A DNA stretch of 43,661 nt, from contig PEAD01000026.1 in NCBI GenBank assembly GCA_002753335.1, positions 1-43,661 on the forward strand. Reading direction: 5' to 3'. Positions 10,857 through 20,816 of the stretch are shown in pieces. Each line of letters begins with the position of its first letter. Position 1 is the first letter of the stretch. The notes beneath the pieces are model-generated. The model was not told the DNA's origin. It worked only from the letters and a program-made list of their open reading frames with translations, and searched no databases. Position numbers and translations under genes: made by a program. Source of the stretch: Nitrospirae bacterium MYbin3 (lineage in GTDB: Bacteria > Nitrospirota > Thermodesulfovibrionia > Thermodesulfovibrionales > Dissulfurispiraceae).

Positions 10857-12320
10857 ATGGCATACAAGGATTTAAGGGAATTTATAAAACTTCTGGATCA
10901 AAAAGGGCTGCTGCATCGGGTTAAGGCCGAGGTTGATTCAATACTAGAAATCTCCGAGATAACTGATAGAATCTGCAAGAGTTCTGATGGCGGCAAGGCT
11001 TTATTGTTTGAGAAGGTTAAAGGTTCTGCCTACCCTGTTGTGACAAATCTTTTTGGCTCTTTTGAAAGAATGAGCCTTGCGCTTGAGGTCAAAAAAATAG
11101 ATGATGTTGCGGCCCGTATAGTGGAGCTTATGAATCAGGCTCCGCCTAAAACTCTGTTCGAAAAGATTTCGATGCTGCCTAAGTTATTTGAGTTCTCAAG
11201 GTACTTGCCAAAGAATGCTAAGAATGCTCCTTGTCAGGAGATTGTAGAAAAGGATAATCCGGATTTGAGTCGCTTCCCAATTTTGAAATGCTGGCCGGCG
11301 GATGGACAGCCGACGGACGAGGGCAGGTTTATCACCCTTCCTATGGTATTCACTAAAGATCCAGAAACAGGAAGGCCAAACTGCGGCATGTACAGGATAC
11401 ATGTTTATGACAAGACTACAACAGGCATGCATTGGCACATTCACAAGGACGGGGCAAGGCATTACGACAAATACAAGGCTCTCGGAAAGAGAATGCCTGC
11501 AGCGATTGCGGTCGGCTGTGACCCTGCGGTTATGTACGCAGCAACTGCGCCGTTGCCCGAGGCTATTGATGAAATGCTGTTTGCGGGCTTTCTACGGCGG
11601 GAACCTGTAGAAATGGTCAAGTGTATTACTTCTGATATCGAGGTTCCGGCGCAAAGCGAACTTGTGATAGAGGGGTATCTTGACCCCGGTGAATCTAGAA
11701 TAGAAGGCCCTTTTGGAGATCACACCGGCTTTTATTCTGCGGCAGATAATTATCCGGTATTTCATGTTACATGCATAACCCACAGGAAGGATATGATCTA
11801 TCCTGCAACCATAGTAGGCAAACCTCCGATGGAGGACTGCTACATGGGCAAGGCGACCGAGAGACTTTTCCTGCCGCTTATCAGGCTTGAATTCCCGGAG
11901 ATACAGGACATGAACCTTCCGATGGAAGGCGTGTTTCACAATGCCGCGCTTATCTCGATAAAAAAGAGCTATCCGGGGCATGCGAAAAAGATAATCCACG
12001 GGCTTTGGGGCAAGGGACAGATGATGTTTTCGAAGCTTTTGATAATAGTGGATGATGATGTGGATGTTCAGAACATCTCATACACTGCTTGGCGTGTTTT
12101 GAACAATGTTGACTGGAAGCGCGATGTGGTTATTGCGGACGGCCCGCTTGATGATCTGGATCACGCTGCGAACTTCCCGCGCTACGGCTCAAAGATGGGC
12201 ATAGATGCTACGAGGAAAAACCGCGAAGAGGGCATGACAAGAGACTGGCCTGCCGAGCTTTTCATGTCTGAAGAAATAAAGAAGCTTGTTGATGGAAGAT
12301 GGAAGGAGTACGGATTTTAG
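10857..12320 (+). CDS. ubiD: UbiD-family decarboxylase (menaquinone/futalosine-pathway type)
   Basis: MAYKDLREF, NCGMYR, EGPFGDHTGFYS, GKPPMED and SKMGIDAT. Confidence 0.88.
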   Translation: MAYKDLREFIKLLDQKGLLHRVKAEVDSILEISEITDRICKSSDGGKALLFEKVKGSAYPVVTNLFGSFERMSLALEVKKIDDVAARIVELMNQAPPKTLFEKISMLPKLFEFSRYLPKNAKNAPCQEIVEKDNPDLSRFPILKCWPADGQPTDEGRFITLPMVFTKDPETGRPNCGMYRIHVYDKTTTGMHWHIHKDGARHYDKYKALGKRMPAAIAVGCDPAVMYAATAPLPEAIDEMLFAGFLRREPVEMVKCITSDIEVPAQSELVIEGYLDPGESRIEGPFGDHTGFYSAADNYPVFHVTCITHRKDMIYPATIVGKPPMEDCYMGKATERLFLPLIRLEFPEIQDMNLPMEGVFHNAALISIKKSYPGHAKKIIHGLWGKGQMMFSKLLIIVDDDVDVQNISYTAWRVLNNVDWKRDVVIADGPLDDLDHAANFPRYGSKMGIDATRKNREEGMTRDWPAELFMSEEIKKLVDGRWKEYGF

Positions 12321-12373
12321 AAATGACTGTACATTAATCAAGAAGTTTTCCTTCTCTTCTTATTTGTTATTAG

Positions 12374-13147
12374 TCAACGATTAGCTGAGGGTTGTTTTGC
12401 ATGTTCAACTTTTACACCCTTAGCAAATCCTCTGCATAGCCCCGGTTCCTTTGGATGATCAGTTAATTTCCACAGATCTGCTTTTTCAAAACCCGAGGCG
12501 AGGATCATCTGTCCTAAACAGTGCAGAGTTGGTACCCACCAATTGCTATAGTTATGGCCTAATTGGTCTTGTGGGTAGAATTCCATGACCAGTTGACCAT
12601 CTGGATAGCCATGTCCTATACCGCCGCGGTATGGGCTGTAGTCATCCAGAATTGCTGTTTCTATATAAATAGCATCGGTGCATATCTTTGCCAAATTATC
12701 CAAAGCTAATAGGGGATGTCTTAGATGATACAGAGTTCCAAAGAAGAAAATTATATCAAATACACCTGTCGATTCTTCGCAAACCTCATATACCGACATC
12801 TCTTTGCGTTGGCATTGTTCATCATCAAATCCCAAAACTTTTTTACAGAAATCAAATGTTGCCCATTTTTGACGGTCTTCTGGCCGCAATTCTCCAATGT
12901 AGTCCGAAAAATCATCGATGGCTACGACCTGACGAGCCCCTCTTTTCAGGGCCTCAAATGTCCAGAACCCATCCCAAGCTCCAATGTCTAGAACGCGCAT
13001 GCCGGTCATGTCTGCCGGGATGTTATAGATTCTTTTATCTATCGGAGCCCAGCCTGGCGTAATTATTCCTTTCCTCAGCTCTATTTTGTGATACCAATAG
13101 GGGAAAGCGGCAATTTGATTTTTTATTGATTCTTCATCTGTAATCAT
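12374..13147 (-). CDS. Class I SAM-dependent methyltransferase (CmoB/DUF1698-like)
   Basis: WYHKIEL...TPG, VLDIGAWDG, GTLYHLRHPLLAL and NWWVPT. Confidence 0.75.
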   Translation of the reverse strand: MITDEESIKNQIAAFPYWYHKIELRKGIITPGWAPIDKRIYNIPADMTGMRVLDIGAWDGFWTFEALKRGARQVVAIDDFSDYIGELRPEDRQKWATFDFCKKVLGFDDEQCQRKEMSVYEVCEESTGVFDIIFFFGTLYHLRHPLLALDNLAKICTDAIYIETAILDDYSPYRGGIGHGYPDGQLVMEFYPQDQLGHNYSNWWVPTLHCLGQMILASGFEKADLWKLTDHPKEPGLCRGFAKGVKVEHAKQPSANR

Positions 13148-13211
13148 GGGTTATTATGTTGCCAACATTTTAGTAGATTGCCACTAAAAAGATAAACCGT
13201 TTTGTTTTCTG

Positions 13212-14360
13212 CTAATCGTACAGCAGCTTGTCAATCAGTTTGTCAGTTACAATGTCCCAGGTATAATTGCGGTTAACATGGGCTACGGACAAAGCTGAAG
13301 CTGTATTTCTCCATTCTGTATCATCCATAATCTTAAACATCAAATGTATCAAATGATCCAAGTTCGGTACCAGCATCTCACCTGCGCAATCATTAACCCT
13401 TACCGGTGTGAGCTGGCTGTTTATTTTTAAAGCAAAGTTGTCCAACACAAAATCATCGGTAGCTCCACCTTTTGTGCAGATAACCGGCACTCCGCATGCA
13501 AGCGCCTCAAGCACCGGCATGTTGAATCCTTCCGCCATATAAGGTGAAACATAGGCATCAGCTGCCTGATACATGTCAGCCATATCAGCCATTGACATAG
13601 AATCTCCAATGTAGCTGCACTTGCTTATTACTATATGCTGATCTGTAACAGAAAGCTCGGAAAGGCATTTTTGCAGTAATTCCGTTGAGGGATACAATCC
13701 ATCAGTTCCTTTTAGCAGCAGTCTGACATACGGACGTTTAGACGCCACAACAGAGAAGGCCTTCAGCAGCAGGCCGATTCCTTTATTCTCAGTCATGGCA
13801 CCGATATTCATAAATACAAAACCACTTAAATGAAGTTTTTTTCTGAGCTCCAACCGTTTCTCATCTGATTTGCGGAATACTGTTGTGTCAACACCATGCG
13901 GCACAACTATAACCTGATCTGCATCGCATCCTTGTCGGTAAAATCCATCGGCAGACCATGTGGTTGGAGTAACGATTTTAACATGCGGCTGGTTGATGCA
14001 TGCCTGAAAATCTGCAAATGTATTGTATTGGTGCTGCAAAAGAGTTTTGTATTCCGAGGTTATAAATACTGCTGTTTTAGCGTGTATGTTTTTGAAATTA
14101 TAGGGGCAGTCTATTCTGTACACCGCATCGCAGTCAGCTGGATCAGAGTCTTGCAAGCTGGCTAAATAAGCTGAGTCATCAGCATTAAACAGGCCTTGAA
14201 GAGTTGCCCATTTTGTATCGTAGGCGGGGGATTCCCTGAAGTACGTTTCCAGATTTTTCTTCTTGCGCAGGGACAACAGCTGCCATTGATTCACGATTGA
14301 GTAGGAGTGGCAGATTGAAAGCCACCCCTCAACTAGAAGTTTTCTGACCGGTTTATTCAA
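13212..14360 (-). CDS. Glycosyltransferase family 4 (GT-B)
   Basis: VPHGVD, NKG and EGFNMPVLEALACGVPVI (EX7E motif). TTG start with AGGAG upstream. Confidence 0.85.
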   Translation of the reverse strand: MNKPVRKLLVEGWLSICHSYSIVNQWQLLSLRKKKNLETYFRESPAYDTKWATLQGLFNADDSAYLASLQDSDPADCDAVYRIDCPYNFKNIHAKTAVFITSEYKTLLQHQYNTFADFQACINQPHVKIVTPTTWSADGFYRQGCDADQVIVVPHGVDTTVFRKSDEKRLELRKKLHLSGFVFMNIGAMTENKGIGLLLKAFSVVASKRPYVRLLLKGTDGLYPSTELLQKCLSELSVTDQHIVISKCSYIGDSMSMADMADMYQAADAYVSPYMAEGFNMPVLEALACGVPVICTKGGATDDFVLDNFALKINSQLTPVRVNDCAGEMLVPNLDHLIHLMFKIMDDTEWRNTASALSVAHVNRNYTWDIVTDKLIDKLLYD

Positions 14361-14668
14361 TAGCTAATCTCCTGTTTGATCCTAAAACTGATGTTCTTTT
14401 TTTCATATATTCGCGTAGAGTCGTATCAGATTCTGGATGAAAGTAAAATAGCACCAGAATGAAAAACTTATCAATGAAAATAGCAGGTAGAAATTGATTT
14501 CAATGGTGTCGACATTTTTGTATGAACGCACACAGTCACTTTATTGTTAAAATAAAGCAGATGGTGGAAACAGCCTAATGTGTATTTCAATTTAACAAAA
14601 TACGAAAAGAAACAAGCGGGGTTTTATTATGGCAACGATATCCGAAAATAAGCTGTTTGTTTTATACA

Positions 14669-15760
14669 ATGAAATCTCTTTCTGATAGCAACATATTTTT
14701 CATGAAGCGGGCTCTGCGTCTTGCTGGCCGAGCTAAGGGGAAGACGAGCCCCAACCCGATGGTAGGCGCGGTGCTGGTCAAAAACGGGCAAATTGTTTCT
14801 GAGGATTATCACAAGAAGGCCGGAGAGTTTCATGCCGAAGCGCTAGCTATACAAAAGGCGGGCAAGAAGGCTTTGAACAGTACTCTTTATGTGACTCTCG
14901 AACCCTGCTGCCATACAGATAAGCGCACTCCGCCCTGCACAAAGGCGATAATCAATGCCGGAATAAAGAAAGTCTTTGTGGCAATGAAAGACCCCAATCC
15001 CAAGGTTTCTGGAAAAGGCATCAGGGAGCTACGCAGAAATGGGATAGAGGTAATTGTTGGCATTCTTGAAGTCGAAGCAAAAAAGCTTAATGAAGCCTAT
15101 GTTAAATACATAACCACATGCATGCCTTTTGTAACTCTAAAAATTGCGATGACTCTCGATGGAAAGATCGCAACTCCAGAAGGCCAGTCAAAATGGATAA
15201 CTGGAGAGGCTGCACGAAAAACTGTTCATCGCATGAGAGGCTTCTCCGATGCAATACTGACAGCTATCGGGACCGTAAAGGCTGATAATCCGGAACTTAC
15301 CGCAAGGCTTAAAGGCTGCAAGAATCCGATTAGAATTGTCATTGACCCTGATTTTGAAACCCCTGAAGACTTCAAGATTTTTAACAGCGACGCTAAAACT
15401 ATTGTCGTTAAAAAGGCCTCGACCGGAATGGCTAAAGAAACTAGGCTAGGTAAAAGCGGTGTAGAGCTTATCCATTTTAAAGGGAACAAGCTGGATCTGA
15501 AAATGCTGATGGCCGAATTGGGAAAGCGGCAGATAACCTCTTTGATGATCGAGGGCGGCTCTTCGCTTGCGTCATATGCTTTGAAGACCGGAATTGTTGA
15601 CAAGGCGGTATTCTTTATAGCGCCGAAGATAATCGGCGGGAAAAATTCTATTCCTGCTGTGGGCGGAGATTTTTTTAGAAGACTCGAAAACGCTTATCAG
15701 GTAAAGGATTGGCATATCAGCCGAATCGGGCAGGACCTGATGGTCGAAGGGTATCTGTAA
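14669..15760 (+). CDS. ribD: Riboflavin biosynthesis deaminase/reductase RibD
   Basis: PNPMVGAV, HAE, TLEPCCH...PPC, TLDGKIA and IEGG. Start codon uncertain (14669 or 14702). Confidence 0.95.
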   Translation: MKSLSDSNIFFMKRALRLAGRAKGKTSPNPMVGAVLVKNGQIVSEDYHKKAGEFHAEALAIQKAGKKALNSTLYVTLEPCCHTDKRTPPCTKAIINAGIKKVFVAMKDPNPKVSGKGIRELRRNGIEVIVGILEVEAKKLNEAYVKYITTCMPFVTLKIAMTLDGKIATPEGQSKWITGEAARKTVHRMRGFSDAILTAIGTVKADNPELTARLKGCKNPIRIVIDPDFETPEDFKIFNSDAKTIVVKKASTGMAKETRLGKSGVELIHFKGNKLDLKMLMAELGKRQITSLMIEGGSSLASYALKTGIVDKAVFFIAPKIIGGKNSIPAVGGDFFRRLENAYQVKDWHISRIGQDLMVEGYL

Positions 15761-15777
15761 TAATAAACTTGCCGTAA

Positions 15778-16899
15778 ATGTTTAGTTCTCTCTATATTCA
15801 TATTCCCTTTTGTATCAGAAAATGCAGGTACTGCGATTTTTATTCCGTTAAGGCAAATGATGCTTTAATTAGCGCCTACTGCGAGGCCTTGAAAAAAGAG
15901 CTTGAGTTAAGAAAGTCTGGCGTTCAAACACTGAAGTCGGTTTATATCGGTGGTGGCACGCCTACAATCTTGCCTGAGGAGTCTGTAAAGAGGCTTGCAG
16001 CCTATATTTCAAAAGGTTTTGGTTTTGCTCCGGACGCAGAAATAACTATAGAGGCTAATCCCGGAGCTCTCGACAATAAAATATTGCAGACGCTTTTAAA
16101 CTACGGTGTGAACAGGATAAGCCTTGGCATTCAGTCTTTCGACGATGCTGATTTGGCGTCACTCGGCAGGATTCACAATGCTGAAGATGCTGCATCCTCA
16201 ATAATATCTGCGAGGGATGCTGGATTTAAGAATATCTCACTCGATCTGATTTACGGCATTCCGGGCCAAAGACTTGAGGATTGGAAGCGGACGCTTTTAA
16301 AGGCGGTTGAGTTTTTCCCTGAGCATATATCTGCTTATGAGCTCACCCCAGAAAAAAATACGCTTCTTTACGATGATATTCATAGCGGTATCGTTGAAAT
16401 GCCTGATGAATCTCTCGTTTCTGACATGTTCATGCTGGCTGGCGAACTGCTTGACGCTCACGGGTTAAGGCAGTATGAAATTTCGAACTACGCAAGGCCT
16501 GGATGCGAATGCAGGCACAATCTCAACTATTGGAACAGGGGAGAGTATTTAGGGTTAGGCGCAGCCTCGCATTCATTTGTTGATGGATTGCGATATGACA
16601 ATCTGACGGATGTTGAAAGCTATATAAAAGCGCTCAGTAACGGAGAACTACCAGCCGGAAATTCGGCGAGATTGACGGAAGAAGATGCGCTGAAGGAGAT
16701 TATTTTCTTGGGGCTACGAAAGTCTGAGGGCATTGACATTGAGTTGTTGCCGCCTCATGCAATACCGTTAATAGTATCAGCGGCAGACCCTCTTGCTTTA
16801 AATGGATTGCTTGAGTGCAACGGCAGCAATATCAAACTAACAAGAAAGGGCATGCTGCTGTCCAACGAAATTATATTAAAACTTTTCGAGGCGTTGTGA
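15778..16899 (+). CDS. hemW: Radical SAM heme chaperone HemW
   Basis: YIHIPFCIRKCRYCDF, GGGTP, YEISNY and HNLNYW. Confidence 0.9.
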   Translation: MFSSLYIHIPFCIRKCRYCDFYSVKANDALISAYCEALKKELELRKSGVQTLKSVYIGGGTPTILPEESVKRLAAYISKGFGFAPDAEITIEANPGALDNKILQTLLNYGVNRISLGIQSFDDADLASLGRIHNAEDAASSIISARDAGFKNISLDLIYGIPGQRLEDWKRTLLKAVEFFPEHISAYELTPEKNTLLYDDIHSGIVEMPDESLVSDMFMLAGELLDAHGLRQYEISNYARPGCECRHNLNYWNRGEYLGLGAASHSFVDGLRYDNLTDVESYIKALSNGELPAGNSARLTEEDALKEIIFLGLRKSEGIDIELLPPHAIPLIVSAADPLALNGLLECNGSNIKLTRKGMLLSNEIILKLFEAL

Positions 16900-16913
16900 T
16901 TTTCGGTCGCAAA

Positions 16914-18359
16914 TTACTTGGCTATTGAGGGAACCGTTATATATTGCGACACCCCACCTCTAACGATCAGCGCCAGTATATTCTGCGTTTTGTCTATGCT
17001 GCTGATTACCGACTGATAATCTTTTGAGCCTGTTACCAGTTTTCTGTTGATTTCAAGTATTATGTCTCCGGCAGCCAGTATGCCCTGCGCTGGGCTCTGT
17101 GCCTCGATCTCTGTAACCACAACCCCTTTAAGTTTTTTCGTGATGTTCATTTTTTTGAGATGCTCTTCGGTTAAATCCTGAACGCCAACGCCTTTCAAAG
17201 AATTGTCCGTCTGCTGGACCGCTACCGCCTCCTGCTCTCCCTGAAGTTCGCCCACCACTACATTAGTTGTAAGGACGCTGCCGTCCCTTATCAGCCTTAC
17301 GCGTACAGTCTTGCCCGGTTTTGTTGAGGCCACCATATTTTTAAATAGCGAGGGGTTCTCTATTTTTTTGCCGTCGTATTCGGTTATGACATCTCCACGC
17401 TTCAAACCCGCTTTGTCGGCAGGCCCACCCTCTACAACATCAACAAGCAGTGCGCCGTTTTCATCCTTGAGGTTAAACTGTTTTGAGAGTTCGGCTGTCA
17501 GCGGCTGTATCTGCACTCCTAGCCATCCGCGGGCAACTTTTCCCTTGTTGACTATGCCGTCCATTACGTTTCTGAGCATATTGGCAGATATTGCAAACCC
17601 TATGCCCTGATAACCTCCGCTTCGGCTTACAATTGCGGTGTTTAAACCGACGAGTTCGCCTTTTATGCTCACGAGAGCGCCGCCTGAATTGCCGGGGTTT
17701 ATTGCGGCATCTGTTTGTATAAAATCTTCATAATCTGTTATGCCCATTCCGGAGCGGCCGACCGCGCTAACTATTCCCATAGTTATGGTGCTGCTCAATC
17801 CGAACGGATTGCCAATGGCAAACACGATTTCTCCCACCCTTAGTTTTTCTGAGTCTCCCCATTCTATGGTGGGGAGGTTTGTTTCATTTATTTTTATTAC
17901 AGCGATGTCGGTTTTTGAATCAATGCCGGCCACCCGGCCTTTTACTTCACGGTTGTCATGGAGCCTTACTAAGATGTCTTCTGCTCCATCGATTACATGG
18001 TTATTCGTCAGAATATAGCCGTCAGAAGATGCGATAACTCCTGACCCCAGGTTCATAACCTTTCTCTTTTGCGGAGCACTCGGTCCTTCACCGAAGAATC
18101 TTCTGAAAAATGGGTCGTCAAAAAAAGGATTGGATTGGGTTTTGACAGTTTTTGTCGTGGATATATTCACCACCACCGGTTTTGCTTTTTCTGCGATAGT
18201 GGACATAGCGTCACCAAGTTTAGCCAGTATCTCTGCCGATTGCTGCTCTGCTGCTCCGGCCGTATAAGCAGGCAGCAATATAGCAGCCAGCGCAAGGCAG
18301 AGAATTAGCGCTGTTGAAAGGAAAAAATCTGTTTTGTTTATCGGCTTAGAGGTGTTCAT
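16914..18359 (-). CDS. degQ: HtrA/DegQ periplasmic serine protease with two PDZ domains
   Basis: Signal peptide, TNNHVI, IQTDAAINPGNSGG, then PDZ domains. Confidence 0.92.
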   Translation of the reverse strand: MNTSKPINKTDFFLSTALILCLALAAILLPAYTAGAAEQQSAEILAKLGDAMSTIAEKAKPVVVNISTTKTVKTQSNPFFDDPFFRRFFGEGPSAPQKRKVMNLGSGVIASSDGYILTNNHVIDGAEDILVRLHDNREVKGRVAGIDSKTDIAVIKINETNLPTIEWGDSEKLRVGEIVFAIGNPFGLSSTITMGIVSAVGRSGMGITDYEDFIQTDAAINPGNSGGALVSIKGELVGLNTAIVSRSGGYQGIGFAISANMLRNVMDGIVNKGKVARGWLGVQIQPLTAELSKQFNLKDENGALLVDVVEGGPADKAGLKRGDVITEYDGKKIENPSLFKNMVASTKPGKTVRVRLIRDGSVLTTNVVVGELQGEQEAVAVQQTDNSLKGVGVQDLTEEHLKKMNITKKLKGVVVTEIEAQSPAQGILAAGDIILEINRKLVTGSKDYQSVISSIDKTQNILALIVRGGVSQYITVPSIAK

Positions 18360-18371
18360 GTTACCCCCGTG

Positions 18372-19781
18372 TTATATTTTTAAAGGCTTTAGCTGCAATT
18401 TTAAAATGCTGCCGGTACTTTTATCAACCTTATACCTGTCATCCGCTCTGTATCCGGCCACCCATATAATATCGTCTCCGCTGGTTACTATAGGCACGGC
18501 ATCACGCTCATCTCTTGGTATTTTTTCATCAACAAAAAAGTCCTGCAGTTTTTTCTTTTTACCGAACCCTGCAGGGTAGAAGAAGTCTCCGCTTTTTCTA
18601 TGTCGTACACTTAATGGAAATTTTAGGATAGAGGCGTTAAAGAAGGCGACATCTTTTGCGCGCACCGCAGGGTCGCGCTCTATCGTGTCAGCAATCGTTG
18701 ACTGAAGCACAAGCGTTGCCTCTTTGAGCGGCAATATTTCATTTGCATTAAGCTTGTGATTATCCAGTTTTATGGGAGGCTCGGAGGTTATTTTTACGGT
18801 TGAGTATCCTTTTATAGCTCTGATGTTATTGTGGAGATGCAGTCTGTCTCCAGCGCGGCCTTTTTTTATCAGCACCATCATGTCTTCGATATTTACAAAA
18901 CTGATCGCCCTCAAGGACGCTGTCTCGTCAACAGCACGTCTGAGCACTCGCCTAAGCAGCACGTTGTCTAGCATTTCAAGCGGAGCCGCAAAAAGCTCAA
19001 TTGCCTTGTCGCTCTTTCTGCTTATCAGGCGCATGAGGGTTTTAGTCACAATAAGCTCAAGGTATCTTTCCTCGTCCCGCATTATATCAGCGGTGCGGGA
19101 GAGCGTGCTTATCAATTCTGCATTGTGCTTTCTAATCTCGGGCATGATATGTCTTCTAATTTTGTTCCGTAGGTATTCGTCCTTTAGGTTTGACGAGTCA
19201 ACAACATAGGGGGGGTCTGAATGCGTGCCGACCTTAAGATTATTGTCCGACAGGAATTTCTCTATCTCAACCCTTTCGGTTTCGATGAGCGGCCGTATGA
19301 TAATGCCCCTGACAGGCGGTATGCCGGACAGGCCTGTCATTCCCGCTCCTCTAAAAAGCCTCATAAGCATTGTTTCGGCCTGATCATTCGCATTGTGGCC
19401 TAACGCCAGTTTTGTTGCTCCTATTTCCCTGATAATTTCATCAAATGCACTGTACCTAAGATCTCGTGCAGCTTCTTGAAGGTTTTTTTTGTTCTCCGAA
19501 GCGTACGACTTTACCTTAATTGTTTTAACAAAAAGCTGCACCCCAAGCCGGGAGCAAAGCGTGTTGCAAAAAGCTATCTCAGCCGGAATCTCGTCGGCCC
19601 TGAGCCCATGGTCTATGTATGCTGCTGTGACGCTTATTTCTAAATTCTGTTTCAGCTCGCAAAGTGAGGTCAATAGAGATACAGAGTCGGGTCCGCCAGA
19701 AAGCCCTACCAGTAGGTGGTCGCCTTGAATGCACATAGAGTATTTTTTTATTGTTGCCTTTATCCTGTCGGGAAGGCGCAT
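18372..19781 (-). CDS. tilS: tRNA(Ile)-lysidine synthase
   Basis: SGGPDS, ARDLRY, GHNANDQAET, RNKIR and KKLQDFFVDEKIP. Confidence 0.95.
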   Translation of the reverse strand: MRLPDRIKATIKKYSMCIQGDHLLVGLSGGPDSVSLLTSLCELKQNLEISVTAAYIDHGLRADEIPAEIAFCNTLCSRLGVQLFVKTIKVKSYASENKKNLQEAARDLRYSAFDEIIREIGATKLALGHNANDQAETMLMRLFRGAGMTGLSGIPPVRGIIIRPLIETERVEIEKFLSDNNLKVGTHSDPPYVVDSSNLKDEYLRNKIRRHIMPEIRKHNAELISTLSRTADIMRDEERYLELIVTKTLMRLISRKSDKAIELFAAPLEMLDNVLLRRVLRRAVDETASLRAISFVNIEDMMVLIKKGRAGDRLHLHNNIRAIKGYSTVKITSEPPIKLDNHKLNANEILPLKEATLVLQSTIADTIERDPAVRAKDVAFFNASILKFPLSVRHRKSGDFFYPAGFGKKKKLQDFFVDEKIPRDERDAVPIVTSGDDIIWVAGYRADDRYKVDKSTGSILKLQLKPLKI

Positions 19782-19864
19782 TTCAATCTTCTCCTGAAGC
19801 TTTTACTGATAAACGTATCAGTGAGGGGAGGGGATTGTCAATTATGGGGGGATATTGTACCAGG

Positions 19865-20209
19865 TTAGACCATACGGTCAACGTGGGCGATCGAATCAGA
19901 CTGCGCTGCTTTTACTGTGAGAGGCTGTTGTGCCGAAACTTCAGGCTCATGTTCTTTTATCGGAGCAATTGCGGGGCCGTTGACGCATGCGATCTGCTCC
20001 TGCGCTTTAGCTGTAGCCATGGCTGCCATCGCTCTTTTGCGCTTTATTTCATCCCCGGCCTTGAAGAGATCAACCACTTTTTCTCCGGCCGCAAGCCTTA
20101 GTTTGCGCTGAGTTCTTCTGCTAAAAACACCGGCAAAGAAGTTTATCACCACGACTATTAATGCCGTGTATGATAAGAATATCAGGGTTGTTGTCAGTAG
20201 TCCTTTCAT
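19865..20209 (-). CDS. Hypothetical small protein with an N-terminal transmembrane helix
   Basis: Strong SD (AAGGAG) before the ATG and a hydrophobic N-terminus. No family recognised. Confidence 0.6.
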   Translation of the reverse strand: MKGLLTTTLIFLSYTALIVVVINFFAGVFSRRTQRKLRLAAGEKVVDLFKAGDEIKRKRAMAAMATAKAQEQIACVNGPAIAPIKEHEPEVSAQQPLTVKAAQSDSIAHVDRMV

Positions 20210-20300
20210 GCAGTTGTCTCCTTTTTTATTATCGGAGTTTTCAATATATTACTAAAGTTCTGAACGTGAAAAAACGTCTCTTGCTCAGTATAATAAATGC

Positions 20301-20816
20301 GTGAATAAGATTGTGCTGAGCAGGAATCTTGCGTTTTTAGTTTTTGCGGTGGTTTCTTTTTGTTCGGTGCTGTCTGCGACAGCTTCGCATACAAAGGCTG
20401 ACAAGGTTCTTGTCGTAAAAAACTCAAGAATCATGGTTCTGCTCAAAGACGGTGAGATACTTAAGGTTTATAAGGTCTCGCTAGGCAAAAAGCCTACGGG
20501 GCACAAGGTAAAGGCGGGCGACCAGCGGACACCTGAGGGGAGCTATATTCTTGATTCGAGAAACCCGCAGAGCAAATTCTACAAAGCGATTCATATTTCT
20601 TATCCAAATAAATCGGATGCCGCGAATGCCCAGAGCCTTGGTGTTTCTCCGGGCGGGGGTATTATGATTCACGGACTCCCCAATAAACTCGGAGAGCTTG
20701 GCAGGCTTCACAGGAGATGGGACTGGACAGACGGCTGTATTGCGGTCACAAACGAAGAGATGGATGAAATATGGGAACTCATATCCGACGGCACGCCGAT
20801 AGAAATAAAGCCTTAA
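20301..20816 (+). CDS. L,D-transpeptidase family (YkuD) protein
   Basis: Signal peptide, GDQRTPEG, HISYPN and IMIHG...WTDGCIAV (catalytic His/Cys). Confidence 0.9.
   Translation: MNKIVLSRNLAFLVFAVVSFCSVLSATASHTKADKVLVVKNSRIMVLLKDGEILKVYKVSLGKKPTGHKVKAGDQRTPEGSYILDSRNPQSKFYKAIHISYPNKSDAANAQSLGVSPGGGIMIHGLPNKLGELGRLHRRWDWTDGCIAVTNEEMDEIWELISDGTPIEIKP

Noticed and set aside
14361..14668. FMN riboswitch upstream of ribD
   Set aside because: The region is AT-rich and lacks RFN conserved segments such as AGGGC-GGGTGAAATTCCC-ACCG.
15778..16899. HemN coproporphyrinogen dehydrogenase
   Set aside because: The short N-terminus and HNxxYW motif indicate HemW.
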